Shown: positions 49,525 through 60,276 of the stretch, one piece after another
Layout of the letters: each line of letters begins with the position of its first letter
Numbering within the stretch: position 1 is the stretch's first letter
Source: an uncultured Halobacteria archaeon
GTDB lineage: Bacteria > Pseudomonadota > Gammaproteobacteria > UBA9214
NCBI GenBank assembly: GCA_963847565.1
Contig: CAWKAE010000004.1
Location: 16,151 to 80,150, forward strand
Length of the DNA stretch: 64,000 bases
Direction: 5' to 3'
Made by a program: the position numbers and the translations under genes
The notes under the pieces: generated by a model
What the model saw: the letters and a program-made list of their open reading frames with translations, nothing else
What the model was told of the DNA's origin: nothing
Databases searched by the model: none

Positions 49525-51612
49525 GTGAGCGCAATCAAGAAATCCTTTCAGTTCGGTGACCAGACGGTCACGATGGAAACCGGCGAAATCGCCCGTCAAT
49601 GTAGCGCTGTTATTGTCAGCATGGGTGATACCCAGGTACTTGCCACTGTTGTGGGTGACAAGAACCCGATGGTCGGGCGTGATTTCTTCCCGATGACGGT
49701 CGACTACCAGGAGAAGGGTTATGCTGCCGGCCAGATCCCCGGCAACTTCTTCCGTCGCGAGGGGCGACCGAGTGAAGCGGAAACCTTGATGTGCCGACTG
49801 ATCGATCGCCCGTTGCGCCCGTTGTTCCCGAAAGGTTTCACGCATGAAGTCCAGGTGATCCTGACTGTTATTTCCTACGACCCGCAGATTCCGGCGGATA
49901 TTCCGGCCATGATCGGTGCCTCGGCGGCCATGTCGATTTCCGGTCTGCCGTTTGCCGGTCCCATCGGTGCCGCGCGAGTTGCATATATTGACGGCAACTA
50001 TGTTCTGAATCCCACCACCGCGCAGATGGAAGTCTCGCAGCTCGACCTGATCGTTTCCGGTACCGACAGTGCCGTGCTGATGGTCGAGTCGGAAGCGAAA
50101 GAGCTGCCGGAAGATGTCATGCTGGGTTCTGTCGTTTACGGCCACGAGCAGCAGCAGTCAGTGATCAAGGCAATCAAGGAACTGGTTGCAGAGGTCAACA
50201 CGCCGGCCATGGCGTGGGCGGCACCGGAAGAAAATATTGCGCTTGCCGAGGCGGTCGCAAAGGAAGGCCAGGACGCCATTGCTGCTGCCTACAAGGTGGC
50301 TGACAAGCAGGATCGTTACACCCTGTTAAGCAAAGTGCGCCAGGAAATCATTGACGAGGTTGCAGGTGATGAGTCGGAGGGTGGCTACTCCAGTGCTGCT
50401 GTCGCAGGCGCCATCAGCAAGCTGGAAAAGAAAACCGTGCGCAGCCGCATCCTGGCAGGCGAGGCGCGCATCGACGGTCGTGATACCACGACTGTTCGTC
50501 CGATCACGGTACGTACCGGCGTTTTGCCACGTGCCCACGGTTCGGCACTGTTTACCCGCGGTGAAACCCAGGCACTGGTCGTGACCACGCTGGGAACCGA
50601 GCGTGATGCTGCCCTGATAGATGCCCTGTCAGGTACGACCAAGGAACAGTTCCTGCTGCATTACAACTTCCCGCCGTACTGTGTCGGCGAGACCGGCCGC
50701 GTCGGCGGTACCAAGCGCCGCGAAGTCGGCCACGGCAAACTGGCCAAGCGCGGCGTCAGCGCTGTGATGCCCCCCAAGGAAAGCTTCCCGTATACCATCC
50801 GCGTGGTCTCTGAAATAACCGAGTCCAACGGCTCCAGTTCCATGGCCAGTGTCTGCGGCAGCAGCCTGTCGATGATGGATGCCGGTGTGCCAATCAGTGC
50901 GCCGGTTGCCGGTGTGGCCATGGGCCTGATCAAGGAAGACAGTGGCTATGCTGTGCTGACCGATATCCTGGGTGACGAGGATCACCTCGGTGACATGGAC
51001 TTCAAGGTTGCCGGTACTGAAAAAGGTATTAACGCACTGCAGATGGATATCAAGATCCAGGGTATTACGCAGGAGATTATGGAAAAGGCGCTGGCACAGG
51101 CCAAAGACGGTCGCCTGCACATCCTCGCCGAAATGAACAAGGCAATCCAGGCGCCGCGTGAAGAGGTTTCCGAGTTTGCGCCGCGTTATATCACCATGAA
51201 GATTAACCCGGACAAGATTCGCGATGTAATCGGTAAGGGTGGTGCAACCATTCGTGCGATTACCGAGGAGACCGGTGCCAGTATCGATATCGATGACAAT
51301 GGCAATATCAAGATTGCATCAGTTGACCTTGAGGCCGGCAACGAGGCGCGTCGCCGTGTCGAGCAGATTACTGCCGACGTCGAGGTGGGCACAATCTATG
51401 ATGGCAAGGTTGCCAAGCTGATGGACTTCGGAGCCTTCGTGACCATCCTGCCGGGCAAGGACGGGCTGGTACACATCTCGCAGATCTGCGAGGAGCGCGT
51501 CGCGAATGTCAGCGACAAGCTGTCCGAGGGTGACCTGGTCAAGGTGAAAGTGCTGGAAGTCGACAAGCAGGGTCGTATACGGCTCAGCATGAAGGCTGTT
51601 GGTCAGGACTGA
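49525..51612 (+). CDS. pnp: Polyribonucleotide nucleotidyltransferase (PNPase)
   Basis: A 695-aa ORF with a GTG start. It has two RNase PH domains, a KH domain ([16 protein letters not shown]) and an S1 domain. Confidence 0.97.
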   Translation: MSAIKKSFQFGDQTVTMETGEIARQCSAVIVSMGDTQVLATVVGDKNPMVGRDFFPMTVDYQEKGYAAGQIPGNFFRREGRPSEAETLMCRLIDRPLRPLFPKGFTHEVQVILTVISYDPQIPADIPAMIGASAAMSISGLPFAGPIGAARVAYIDGNYVLNPTTAQMEVSQLDLIVSGTDSAVLMVESEAKELPEDVMLGSVVYGHEQQQSVIKAIKELVAEVNTPAMAWAAPEENIALAEAVAKEGQDAIAAAYKVADKQDRYTLLSKVRQEIIDEVAGDESEGGYSSAAVAGAISKLEKKTVRSRILAGEARIDGRDTTTVRPITVRTGVLPRAHGSALFTRGETQALVVTTLGTERDAALIDALSGTTKEQFLLHYNFPPYCVGETGRVGGTKRREVGHGKLAKRGVSAVMPPKESFPYTIRVVSEITESNGSSSMASVCGSSLSMMDAGVPISAPVAGVAMGLIKEDSGYAVLTDILGDEDHLGDMDFKVAGTEKGINALQMDIKIQGITQEIMEKALAQAKDGRLHILAEMNKAIQAPREEVSEFAPRYITMKINPDKIRDVIGKGGATIRAITEETGASIDIDDNGNIKIASVDLEAGNEARRRVEQITADVEVGTIYDGKVAKLMDFGAFVTILPGKDGLVHISQICEERVANVSDKLSEGDLVKVKVLEVDKQGRIRLSMKAVGQD

Positions 51613-51630
51613 TCGTCAGCCAGTGTCGAC

Positions 51631-51659
51631 AAAAAAGGCGCCATACGGCGCCTTTTTTA
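51631..51659. terminator. Bidirectional rho-independent terminator between the convergent pnp and the - strand hypothetical gene
   Basis: AAAAAA-GGCGCC-atac-GGCGCC-TTTTTT is an A-tract, a perfect 6-bp stem and a T-tract. It can terminate on both strands. Confidence 0.85.
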
Positions 51660-51704
51660 TTGCCTCCCTGTCGGTGAGGCAAGTGTTATTTCAGTCACTC
51701 GCTG

Positions 51705-52824
51705 TCAGGCAACGGCATCCAGCGGTGTCTGCTGCGCATTGATTGCATCGATGGTCTCGGCAGCCAGATCGGTGGCCTGCCCATCCTCTTTAGCGTTTTG
51801 CATGTCACTGACAGACAGCAGCATGGAACGGAACACCTGCAGTTTGAGCGTCATGTCGGTTGGCATGATGTTGTTATCCGCGTCATCCGCTCCACCACTG
51901 AATGCTGTGAACAGATTGTTCAGAAAACTGCCGATTGATTGCAGGACGTTGGCCATGAGCTGATCGCGATCCGCTGCGCCGGTAGTATCAATTGATTCCG
52001 GATTCCTGGGGTGCAGGTGCGACAGTGTCGCCGGACTCGCTGCCAGTGGTGCCGGCAACAGTTGCCGGCGTTTCATCCGGTTCGACTGCCGGACTGGTTG
52101 CGGTACTCGCCGGGTTGGCGGCTTGCGATTCATCAACATCTGATTCATCCGTCCCGACCTGCGGGGTTGTGCCAAGTGCCTGCAGCGCGCCGGTCATCGG
52201 GTAGGTCAGTTGCTCACTGGTCTTCATGCGAATGCGCACGTTAGCCAGTTGCGTGGCGTCGATTTCAAGTTCACTGGCGCTGGCAAATGCATCGCTGGTA
52301 TTGCCGCTGAAGAAGTCTTCGGCCATTGCGCCGGCCTGGTCAATCACTGACTGGATGGCCGCCAGTTCCTGTTCGTTGAGATCGCCATTGACCCGGATTG
52401 CGATACGGGTGCGGCTGCTTGCCTGTACTTCAAGCTCGGAGATGGTTTGTCCATCACCATCATCATCGGTTTTCCCGGCATCAACGGCGAGCATTTCGGT
52501 GGCCTTTATCTTCAGGCGTACCGTGTCGCCTTCCTGTGTTTCCAGCGTCAGCGAGGTGCGTTCCGAGCGGCGGTAGGTCAGGCCGGTGACATCTTCCTGT
52601 TCATCATGCCGGTGTCCGTGGGCACGGCGTGAGACATCCATTTCACGATTGGACTCAACGCGCTCCATCATGTCCTGTCGCTGGGCGTGGTGTGCCCGGT
52701 GACCCCGGTGATGACCGTGTACACGCTTGTCTTCGCGTGCCGAATCGTTGCGTGATTCCGGTGAACGGTCGAAAGATGACCGCGAGATTAACTGGCTACT
52801 GATAGCGTCCATGTCCATGATCAC
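51705..52824 (-). CDS. Acidic hypothetical protein with a His-rich N-terminus. It is probably one gene split by a frameshift near 51990
   Basis: Track ORF 51988..52824 (278 aa) reads MIMDMDAIS...HGHHRGHRAHH...RAHGHRH... and ends in a D/E-rich low-complexity tail. The C-terminal about 95 aa of the overlapping ORF 51705..52175 (IDTTGAADRDQLMANVLQSIGSF...) look genuine and read on in the +1 frame. I recognise no domain. Confidence 0.5.
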
Positions 52825-52897
52825 ATCCTGTGAGTTTGACAGCCCTGACAGTTTATCGTGCAGGCGCAGAAAAGCTTTACTGCGGGTGCTGATAAGT

Positions 52898-52911
52898 CAT
52901 ATGGCCATATG
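52898..52911. promoter_or_regulatory. Perfect 14-bp palindrome CATATGGCCATATG about 75 bp upstream of the His-rich hypothetical gene (candidate operator)
   Basis: Exact dyad symmetry. An adjacent imperfect inverted repeat TGCTGCCGGTATAGCAGT sits in the - strand promoter region. Confidence 0.35.
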
Positions 52912-53131
52912 CTGCCGGTATAGCAGTTATTCAGTATCTGGTGGTCAATGTACGGGAGGCCGACAGCCGGGGGCTTTGAGATCGAGAGTGTCGGTTTGCA
53001 TTACAGGGGTGAGCGCGGGTTTTCCTTGCTCGTCACCGTAAAAAAGTCTGGCAGATGTGCCCGGGGTGATACCTGCTGTTGGTGATTTGGTGAATTATTC
53101 TCTTAACTGGCCGGTTGGCTGGTCAGCCGGC

Positions 53132-54418
53132 TTATTTCCCGGCTGTGATTGCGGTCGGACTGGTAAGGACGATCGTATGTGTATTGTTTTTCACGCACGA
53201 CACGGTGCCATGGTTTTTCATCTTGCACTTCAATGTGTGCGGGGTGCTCCAGCCGGTTTTGACCTGGTAGGACTGTGTCTGCTCATCGCCAAGCCCGCCG
53301 ACTTCCTCTACTTCACTTGCGCCGTCATTTTCGGTTGCCACGACCTGTGCAGCGCTGACGACCAGGTTGCGATAGGTAACATCAAACGAGCCGTCACTGC
53401 TGAAGTTGCTGATGATGGCCTTGGTTTTGTACTTGATGAGTCCCTGCCCGGAATTGCGTGTCTGGTCATCGCTGAAGCAGCTGACCTTTTCGTTCTCGGT
53501 GCGGCAATTGCTGATTTTGGAAGGCAGCCAGGTGACCGGTTTGCCGTCACGACTCCATGCGGCAAGTACTACGTCTTCAAGTGAAAACTGTTTCCTGACC
53601 GGCCGGGTCTCAGCCAGCGGAAGTGTGCTGCGCGCCGGCTTGTGTGAAACGGACTTCGAGCGCGGCGGTTTCTTGAATTTCTCAGCCGGCTTTACGGCGA
53701 CCGGTTTTACGGCGGCCTGTTCTTTCGCGACGCTGGCAGCCTTTATGCTCTCTGACACGGCGATCATTTCTCCGCGCGCCTGGTCAAAGCCGCCGTCGAC
53801 AGCTTTGCCCAGCCAAACCAGCGATTCCGCCAGGTCCTTGCGCACGCCGGTGCCATCGGCAAACAGTTTGCCCAGGTAGTATTGTGCTGCCGGATAACCG
53901 TTCTCGGCAGCCTGCCTGAACCACCTGTAGGCCTTTTTACCGTTACGTTTGATGTCATTGCCTTCGTAGTAGATCAGGCCGAGCTTGTACGCCGACTTGA
54001 CGTGGCCCTGGCTGGCTGATTGCTCGAATGATTTGACTGCCTGCTGGTAGTCGATATTCGTGCCGACGCCCTTCATGTGCATATTGCCGAGGTCATACTG
54101 GCTGTCTGCATCCCCCTTCTTTGCCTCGCCGGCTGTTTTCTCGAAGCGGGTTGCATTGGCTTGCATGAGCTGCAGTCGTGAAATCGATTTCGATTCGCCC
54201 TGTGCAGCCGCCTTCCGGTACCAGTCGATAGCCTTGCCTCGATCGGCTTGCACGCCGCGTCCGTTCTGGTACATCGTGCCGACGTCGTATTGCGCCTCGG
54301 CGTTGCCGTTGTTGGCTTCTGCCAGTTTTTCCTTGAACAGGGAACTCCAGATATCGCCCATGGCGCTGGCCGTGAACAGCACGAGTACTAGACTGGCAAG
54401 AAACCTGCTCATAAACAT
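53132..54418 (-). CDS. Secreted Sel1-repeat (TPR-like) protein with a Cys-containing C-terminal domain of unknown function
   Basis: It has a signal peptide MFMSRFLASLVLVLFTASAMG. Five Sel1 repeats follow (AEAQYDVGTMYQNGRGVQAD..AIDWYRKAAAQG, and so on). The C-terminal roughly 150 aa carries 5 Cys. Confidence 0.8.
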   Translation of the reverse strand: MFMSRFLASLVLVLFTASAMGDIWSSLFKEKLAEANNGNAEAQYDVGTMYQNGRGVQADRGKAIDWYRKAAAQGESKSISRLQLMQANATRFEKTAGEAKKGDADSQYDLGNMHMKGVGTNIDYQQAVKSFEQSASQGHVKSAYKLGLIYYEGNDIKRNGKKAYRWFRQAAENGYPAAQYYLGKLFADGTGVRKDLAESLVWLGKAVDGGFDQARGEMIAVSESIKAASVAKEQAAVKPVAVKPAEKFKKPPRSKSVSHKPARSTLPLAETRPVRKQFSLEDVVLAAWSRDGKPVTWLPSKISNCRTENEKVSCFSDDQTRNSGQGLIKYKTKAIISNFSSDGSFDVTYRNLVVSAAQVVATENDGASEVEEVGGLGDEQTQSYQVKTGWSTPHTLKCKMKNHGTVSCVKNNTHTIVLTSPTAITAGK

Positions 54419-54558
54419 GACCTTGTGTTTTTGAAGTGTCAGTGTGAAACGTATATATGGGTATCGGCATGGTCGCCATCGCCTTGAGACGGTCTGGTGT
54501 TCATAATAAATATTGCCAATACAGGAAGATAATGGCTGATGTTGTCGTGTATTCGAGG

Positions 54559-55482
54559 TCAGGTATGTGATGTGTCAACGGGGAGTTGCAGCTGTTTGAG
54601 GATGCGCTGCTCCAGCCAGAAATGTGGTTTGAACGGCACGGTACCATCGATGAAACCGACGTGGCCGCCATGATCCGCGAGTTCCAGTGTGACGGAGGGC
54701 GCGAGATCTGCCGGTCGGGGCAGGGCGGAGGCAGGCAGAAAAGGGTCATCCAGCGCCTGCAGAATCAAGGTCGGCACACGGATGGCGGTAAGGAACTGTT
54801 TGCAGCTGGCGCGCGAATAGTAGTCATCGACATCCTTGAAGCCATGCAAGGGTGCGGTGATGGCGTTGTCGAATTCACGGAAACTGCGCAGCTCCCGGAG
54901 TCGTTCGGGCGGCCATGGGGATGGATGTGTTTTTGCCTTGTTGATAACGGACAGACGCAGTTTGCGTAGTAAATGATTTCGGTAGATACGTGACAGTCCG
55001 CAGTCCAGCTGGCGTGCGGCAGCGTCCAGGTCGAAGGGAACTGATATCGAGATTGCCTGCTGGATGCCGGCGTTTTCTCCGCTCTCGCCAAGCCACTTCA
55101 GCAGGACATTACCGCCGAGTGAAAAACCGATGACGGACAGGAGTGAATTGTTCTGTTGTTTTTGCAGGTGTCTGACTATGTATTCAAGGTCGCCTGTTTC
55201 ACCGGAATGATAGCTCCGTGCCAGGCGGTTGGGGGTGCCACTGCGACCGCGAAAGTACAAAAGGCCGGCCGTGTAGCCTGCCTTTGCGAGACAGTGGAGC
55301 AAACCACCGGCATAGTGCGACTCGAGAGAACCCTCCAGGCCGTGCAGAACCAGGATGCGTTGTCCGCGTGCGGGTGTTGTCCAGTCAATATCGAGGAAGT
55401 CACCGTCTGCGAGCTCCAGTCGTTCGCGCCGTAACGGAGGAATGTGTCGCCGGCGAAACAGCGATGGATAGAGTGTTTGCAA
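54559..55482 (-). CDS. YheT-like alpha/beta-fold hydrolase
   Basis: The motif LQTLYPSLFRRR matches E. coli YheT (LQTMLPRLFRR). The nucleophile elbow is GFSLGG. The HGLEGS motif is also present. The true start is uncertain. The frame stays open and YheT-like up to about 55556, overlapping the acs stop, with no ATG there. Confidence 0.8.
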   Translation of the reverse strand: MQTLYPSLFRRRHIPPLRRERLELADGDFLDIDWTTPARGQRILVLHGLEGSLESHYAGGLLHCLAKAGYTAGLLYFRGRSGTPNRLARSYHSGETGDLEYIVRHLQKQQNNSLLSVIGFSLGGNVLLKWLGESGENAGIQQAISISVPFDLDAAARQLDCGLSRIYRNHLLRKLRLSVINKAKTHPSPWPPERLRELRSFREFDNAITAPLHGFKDVDDYYSRASCKQFLTAIRVPTLILQALDDPFLPASALPRPADLAPSVTLELADHGGHVGFIDGTVPFKPHFWLEQRILKQLQLPVDTSHT

Positions 55483-55529
55483 GTGCCTGCCTGGTAGCCA
55501 CCAGGCAGGCCGGAATTCACTCCGGGTAA

Positions 55530-57467
55530 TCAGGTGCTCAACCGGTTTTCTACCAGGTCATCGACGACGCCCGGGTCGGCAAGTGTCGAGGTGTCGCCCA
55601 GTGAATCCATATCGTTGGCGGCGATCTTGCGCAGGATGCGTCGCATGATCTTGCCGGAGCGGGTCTTCGGCAGGCCGGGGGCCCACTGGATAAAATCCGG
55701 TGTCGCAATGGGACCGATTTCGTTACGCACATGCGTGACCAGTTCGGCGCGAAGCTGGTCGGTCGCTTCCACGCCGTTGACCAGCGTGACGTAGGCATAA
55801 ATGCCCTGGCCCTTGATGTCATGCGGGTAGCCAACGATAGCGGCTTCGGCGACCGCCGGGTGCAGGACCAGGGCGCTTTCCAGTTCGGCTGTGCCGAGGT
55901 TATGGCCGGACACGATCAGGACGTCATCCACGCGTCCGGTGATCCAGTAATAGCCGTCCTCGTCACGTCGTGCGCCATCGCCGGTGAAAAACATGCCGGG
56001 AAATGCCGAGAAATACGTATCGATCAGGCGCTGGTGATTACCGTACACAGTACGAATCTGTCCCGGCCACGGGTGTGTAATCACGAGGTTGCCCTCGGCG
56101 GCCCCTTCGAGGATGTTGCCCTCGTTATCGACGATAGCCGTCTGTACACCGAAGAACGGATGCGTGGCCGAACCGGGTTTGAGCGGTGTTGCACCGGGTA
56201 CCGGTGTAATCATGTGTCCGCCGGTTTCGGTTTGCCACCAGGTGTCCACGATCGGACAACGGGCGTCGCCGACAGTGTGGTAATACCATTCCCAGGCTTC
56301 GGGGTTGATGGGCTCGCCGACGGTTCCCAGCAGACGCAGACTCTTGCGGGAGGTCTTTTTTACCGGTTCATCACCCATGCGCATCAGTGCGCGCAACGCG
56401 GTTGGCGCCGTGTAAAAAGTGTTGACCTTGTGTTTATCGCAAACCTGCCAGAAGCGTGAAGCATCCGGATATGTCGGAATGCCTTCGAATACCAGGGTAA
56501 TCGCGCCGTTTGTCAGCGGTCCGTAAACAATGTAGGTATGACCGGTGATCCAGCCAACGTCCGCCGTACACCAGTAGATATCACCATCGTGGTAGTCGAA
56601 GACATATTTATGTGTGATGGCAGCAAACAGCAGGTAGCCGCCGGTTGTATGCAGGACACCCTTGGGTTTGCCGGTCGAGCCGGACGTGTAGAGTATGAAT
56701 AGCGGGTCCTCGGCATCCATCCATTCCACCGGGCAATCAATGGAGGCGTCTGCGATGGCATCGTGGTACCAGATGTCGCGTCCGTCCATCCAGTCAATGT
56801 CACCGGCTGTACGCCTGATCGTGAATACGGTATGGACGTTCGGGCAGGCTGCCAGCGCCTTGTCGACATTGCCTTTCAGCGGGATGGTCTTGCCGCCGCG
56901 AATACCTTCGTCGGCGGTAATGACTGTCTGGCAGTCGGAGTCGAGGATACGATCCTTGATCGACTCCGGTGAGAAGCCGCCGAAAACAACGGAATGTATC
57001 GCGCCGATACGGGCGCAGGCGAGCATTGCATAGACGGCTTCGGGGATCATCGGCATGTAGATGCAGACGCGATCACCCTTGCCGATGTTCCGCGCCTTCA
57101 GTGCATTGGCAAAGCGGCAAACATGTTCATACAATTCGCCGTAACTGATTTTTGCGTCATCGGCCGGGTCGTCACCTTCCCAGATCAGCGCAGTCTGTTG
57201 GCTGCGTTTCTCAAGATGCCGGTCCACGCAGTTGTAACAGGCATTCAGCTTGCCGCCTTCGAACCAGCGGGTGTGTCCCGTTGTAAAATCCCAGTCGAGC
57301 ACATTGTCCCAGCGTTTTTCCCAGGAAACGAACTTTTCTGCCTGTTCCGCCCAGAAGCCGGCGGGATCCTCAACGGATTGTTTATACAAGGCCTGGAATT
57401 GTTCTGCATCGATGAGTGCGTTGTCGGCAAAAGTCTCCGGGACATCATAGATCTTGCTGTCAGACAT
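55530..57467 (-). CDS. acs: Acetyl-coenzyme A synthetase (AMP-forming)
   Basis: A 645-aa ORF. The AMP-binding motif is [11 protein letters not shown]. The conserved C-terminal segment [19 protein letters not shown] carries the catalytic Lys. Confidence 0.97.
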   Translation of the reverse strand: MSDSKIYDVPETFADNALIDAEQFQALYKQSVEDPAGFWAEQAEKFVSWEKRWDNVLDWDFTTGHTRWFEGGKLNACYNCVDRHLEKRSQQTALIWEGDDPADDAKISYGELYEHVCRFANALKARNIGKGDRVCIYMPMIPEAVYAMLACARIGAIHSVVFGGFSPESIKDRILDSDCQTVITADEGIRGGKTIPLKGNVDKALAACPNVHTVFTIRRTAGDIDWMDGRDIWYHDAIADASIDCPVEWMDAEDPLFILYTSGSTGKPKGVLHTTGGYLLFAAITHKYVFDYHDGDIYWCTADVGWITGHTYIVYGPLTNGAITLVFEGIPTYPDASRFWQVCDKHKVNTFYTAPTALRALMRMGDEPVKKTSRKSLRLLGTVGEPINPEAWEWYYHTVGDARCPIVDTWWQTETGGHMITPVPGATPLKPGSATHPFFGVQTAIVDNEGNILEGAAEGNLVITHPWPGQIRTVYGNHQRLIDTYFSAFPGMFFTGDGARRDEDGYYWITGRVDDVLIVSGHNLGTAELESALVLHPAVAEAAIVGYPHDIKGQGIYAYVTLVNGVEATDQLRAELVTHVRNEIGPIATPDFIQWAPGLPKTRSGKIMRRILRKIAANDMDSLGDTSTLADPGVVDDLVENRLST

Positions 57468-57545
57468 ATTGTTCTCCGATTGTGTCCGCGTGCGGCTGCT
57501 AACCGTGATGCTCGATTATAGCCGCGTCGGTGCCAGTGCCAACAG

Positions 57546-58487
57546 TCATACGCCCGGTATCACAGGGGCTTCGAGTTCGCGCTGTCGGGGGAGGGCGGCG
57601 ATATCCCAGTTTTTCGTGGCCCATTGCAGGAGTTCTTCCTGGCTGGCATGTGTCGCCTGCCCGGGTAAGGGCTGGCGCAGGAATGACAGTGCGGCAATCA
57701 GTGCACGGTTGTCATTGCCGGCGATGACAGCGGGGGCGTTTGTCTGCTTGCCGAGTTTTTCCTGTCGGGTTGTAACGGCGATCGGCAAGTGCAGGTAGCG
57801 GGGTTCAGGCAGGGCGAGCAACTGTTGCAGATATCGCTGGCGTGGCGTTGAAAGCAACAGGTCGGCCCCGCGAACAATGTCGGTGATGCCCTGTTCAGCA
57901 TCGTCGACAACCACGGCCAGCTGGTAGGCGTGCAGGCCGTCAGCGCGCCGCAGTATAAAATCGCCCACTTCGCGTCCCAGTTGCTGCCTGATCTCGCCCT
58001 GCAGACGGTCATTGATGCAGACAACGTGATCGTTGACGCGTACCCGTAATGCACGCGCCGAACGGCCGGCCGGCAGGCCGTTACGGCAGGTGCCGGGGTA
58101 TATGTATTGCTGCCCGTTGGGACTGCTGCCTGTAATCTCGCTGCGCGTGCAGGCGCAACCGTACAGGTGCCCTGAGTGCGCCAGGCGCTCAAGCGCCGCG
58201 TCATACAGGGCATGCCGCGTGCTCTGGTAGATCACCGGGCCATCCCAGTGAAGCCCGAAGGATGCCAGTGTATTCAGGATGTCATCAGCGGCACCCGCTA
58301 CCTCGCGCGGCGGATCCAGGTCCTCCATGCGGACCAGCCATTCCCCGTTGTGGTGACGGGCATCCAGAAAGCTGCCGAGTGCTGCAACGAGCGAACCGAA
58401 GTGCAGCGGGCCAGTGGGTGACGGTGCAAAACGTCCCCGGTAGTCAGGTGCCCCGGCCATGTTTACAGGCATAACCTGTCGCGGCAC
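57546..58487 (-). CDS. gluQ: Glutamyl-Q tRNA(Asp) synthetase (YadB)
   Basis: A truncated GluRS-like catalytic domain. It has YRGRFAPSPTGPLHFG (a HIGH-like motif) and the Zn site CAC..C. The real start is probably the internal Met at about 58460 (MAGAPDYRGRFAPSP). Confidence 0.9.
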   Translation of the reverse strand: MPRQVMPVNMAGAPDYRGRFAPSPTGPLHFGSLVAALGSFLDARHHNGEWLVRMEDLDPPREVAGAADDILNTLASFGLHWDGPVIYQSTRHALYDAALERLAHSGHLYGCACTRSEITGSSPNGQQYIYPGTCRNGLPAGRSARALRVRVNDHVVCINDRLQGEIRQQLGREVGDFILRRADGLHAYQLAVVVDDAEQGITDIVRGADLLLSTPRQRYLQQLLALPEPRYLHLPIAVTTRQEKLGKQTNAPAVIAGNDNRALIAALSFLRQPLPGQATHASQEELLQWATKNWDIAALPRQRELEAPVIPGV

Positions 58488-58493
58488 TTAACG

Positions 58494-58528
58494 TTCACAA
58501 AAAAGCCGGCGTACGCCGGCTTCGTTTT
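58494..58528 (-). terminator. Rho-independent terminator after dksA (- strand)
   Basis: On the - strand, GCCGGC-gtac-GCCGGC is followed by TTTTTTGT. Confidence 0.75.
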
Positions 58529-58551
58529 CAGGTGAGTACACATACAGGCGA

Positions 58552-59250
58552 TTAACCCATTTGTTTTTCCCTGATTTCGTCAAGTATTTTGCAGTCGATG
58601 CAGAGTGTGGCTGTGGGACGCGCTTCAAGTCGCTTGACGCCGATTTCAACACCGCAGGCCTCGCAGTAACCGAAATCGCTGTTTTCCAGGTGATTGATCG
58701 ATTCATCGATTTTTTTGATCAGTTTGCGTTCCCGGTCACGGGCACGCAGTTCCATGCTGAATTCGGATTCCTGCGTGGCACGGTCGTTCGGATCCGGGAA
58801 ATTGGCGGCATCGTCCTGCATGTGGTGTACGGTGCGGTCGACTTCTTCCATCAGGCTTTTCTTCCAGGCCAGCAGAATGTTCCTGAAGTGCACGACCTGC
58901 GCATCATTCATGTATTCCTCGCCCTTCTTCTCCTGGTATGGCTTGATACCGGGTACCGGACCTATCTGGGAATTGCCGTTACGCGCCGGTTTTCTCGCCG
59001 GTGCCTTGCTTGCCGCGGCGGTCTTGCGCGCCGTGGTTTTTTTCCGGGCGGTCGGCGTTTTCTTTGCAGGAATTTTCTTCTTGGCAGCAGCTTTTTTAGG
59101 CGTCGCTTTTTTAGGCGCCGCTTTTTTTGCTGCAGTCTTTTTAACCGCAGCCTTTTTAGGCGTCGACTTTTTCTTTGCCGTCGTCTTGGACTTAACTGCT
59201 TTTTTCTTTGCCGTTGTCTTCGACTTCACTGCTTTTTTCTTTGCAGCCAT
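58552..59250 (-). CDS. dksA: DksA RNA-polymerase-binding transcription factor with a roughly 95-aa N-terminal Lys/Ala-rich extension resembling histone H1
   Basis: The C-terminal about 135 aa align with E. coli DksA. They contain [54 protein letters not shown] and the C4 zinc finger [26 protein letters not shown]. The N-terminus is [59 protein letters not shown].... There is no alternative in-frame start before the conserved DksA core. Confidence 0.88.
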   Translation of the reverse strand: MAAKKKAVKSKTTAKKKAVKSKTTAKKKSTPKKAAVKKTAAKKAAPKKATPKKAAAKKKIPAKKTPTARKKTTARKTAAASKAPARKPARNGNSQIGPVPGIKPYQEKKGEEYMNDAQVVHFRNILLAWKKSLMEEVDRTVHHMQDDAANFPDPNDRATQESEFSMELRARDRERKLIKKIDESINHLENSDFGYCEACGVEIGVKRLEARPTATLCIDCKILDEIREKQMG

Positions 59251-59491
59251 GTAAACTGTCCCGAGCGCATGCGCGCTTAACTTGCTGTTTGTACAGGATT
59301 TAAAGTTCAGATTTTCGCGGTTGCAGGTATAATGGCCTGCCCGGAAGTATCTGTAGGGGCGTTATTTATACGCCACTTTCCGCATTAGTCAAGGACGCTG
59401 ATTTGCAGGAAATTACGGCGAAAATTTTGTCATGCTCGCAACCGGCCCGATACGCCGTCGGTGGCGATTAAACTTCAGAGAGAGACGACAC

Positions 59492-60265
59492 ATGCAAACC
59501 GAATTACTGGCCCTGTTGCTCGACGTTGACGGGACACTTGCAGATACCGAAGACATACACCGACAGGCTTTCAATGCCGCATTTGCCGAAGCCGGCCTGG
59601 ACTGGGTGTGGGACCAGGCACTGTATGGCGAACTGCTGGCGGTAACCGGCGGCAAGGAGCGTATTCGCTATTTTCTCGAGCGTGAGCGCCCGGAGTATCG
59701 CTTGCCGAAGGATGGTGACGGGTTCATTGCCGAACTGCACGCCAGCAAAACACGCTACTACGTTGATACACTTGGTCGCGGGGCAGTACCGTTGCGTCCC
59801 GGCGTAGAACGCCTGTTGCAGGCAGCGCGCAAGGCAGGGTTAAGACTGGCGATCGTGACGACCACAACACCGGACAATGTCACTGCCTTGCTTGAACATT
59901 CTTTCAGCGTGCCGGTCACGGACTGGTTCGAGGTGATCGCTGCAGGCAGCGTGGTGCCGAAGAAAAAACCTGCGCCGGATATCTATAACTACGCGCTTGA
60001 ACAGATGAACCTGTCGCCGGATTCATGTATCGCCATCGAGGACTCGCTGAACGGACTGCAGTCCGCGGCGGCGGCCGGCGTCGCCAGCCTGATTACCGTG
60101 AATCCCTATACCGCACAACAGGACTTCAACGGCGCGCTGGCTGTGCTTGATCAACTCGGCGAGCCCGGTCAGTCGTGTCGTCTGCTGGCAGGTGACTGCG
60201 CGCCCGGGGAAATGGTGGACGTGGCGTACCTGCAGCAACTGCATCAACGGGCCGTTGCTGCCTGA
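59492..60265 (+). CDS. HAD-superfamily hydrolase, CbbY-like
   Basis: An ATG at 59492. The HAD motif I is LLDVDGTLADTE, motif II is IVTTTT and motif III K is in VPKKKPAPDIY. Motif IV is IAIEDSLNG. The track ORF from 59432 is over-extended. Confidence 0.85.
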   Translation: MQTELLALLLDVDGTLADTEDIHRQAFNAAFAEAGLDWVWDQALYGELLAVTGGKERIRYFLERERPEYRLPKDGDGFIAELHASKTRYYVDTLGRGAVPLRPGVERLLQAARKAGLRLAIVTTTTPDNVTALLEHSFSVPVTDWFEVIAAGSVVPKKKPAPDIYNYALEQMNLSPDSCIAIEDSLNGLQSAAAAGVASLITVNPYTAQQDFNGALAVLDQLGEPGQSCRLLAGDCAPGEMVDVAYLQQLHQRAVAA

Positions 60266-60276
60266 GCGGGAATTGC

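Noticed and set aside
51705-52175. An independent 156-aa protein MAQPRRSGRMNQ... encoded by 52175..51705
   Set aside because: Its N-terminal half is Arg/Pro-rich nonsense that reads in-frame as acidic sequence in the overlapping 278-aa ORF. Only the C-terminal about 95 aa look genuine. It is best explained as the frameshifted C-terminus of the upstream gene. Alternatively it could be a short gene starting at the internal Met at about 51957.
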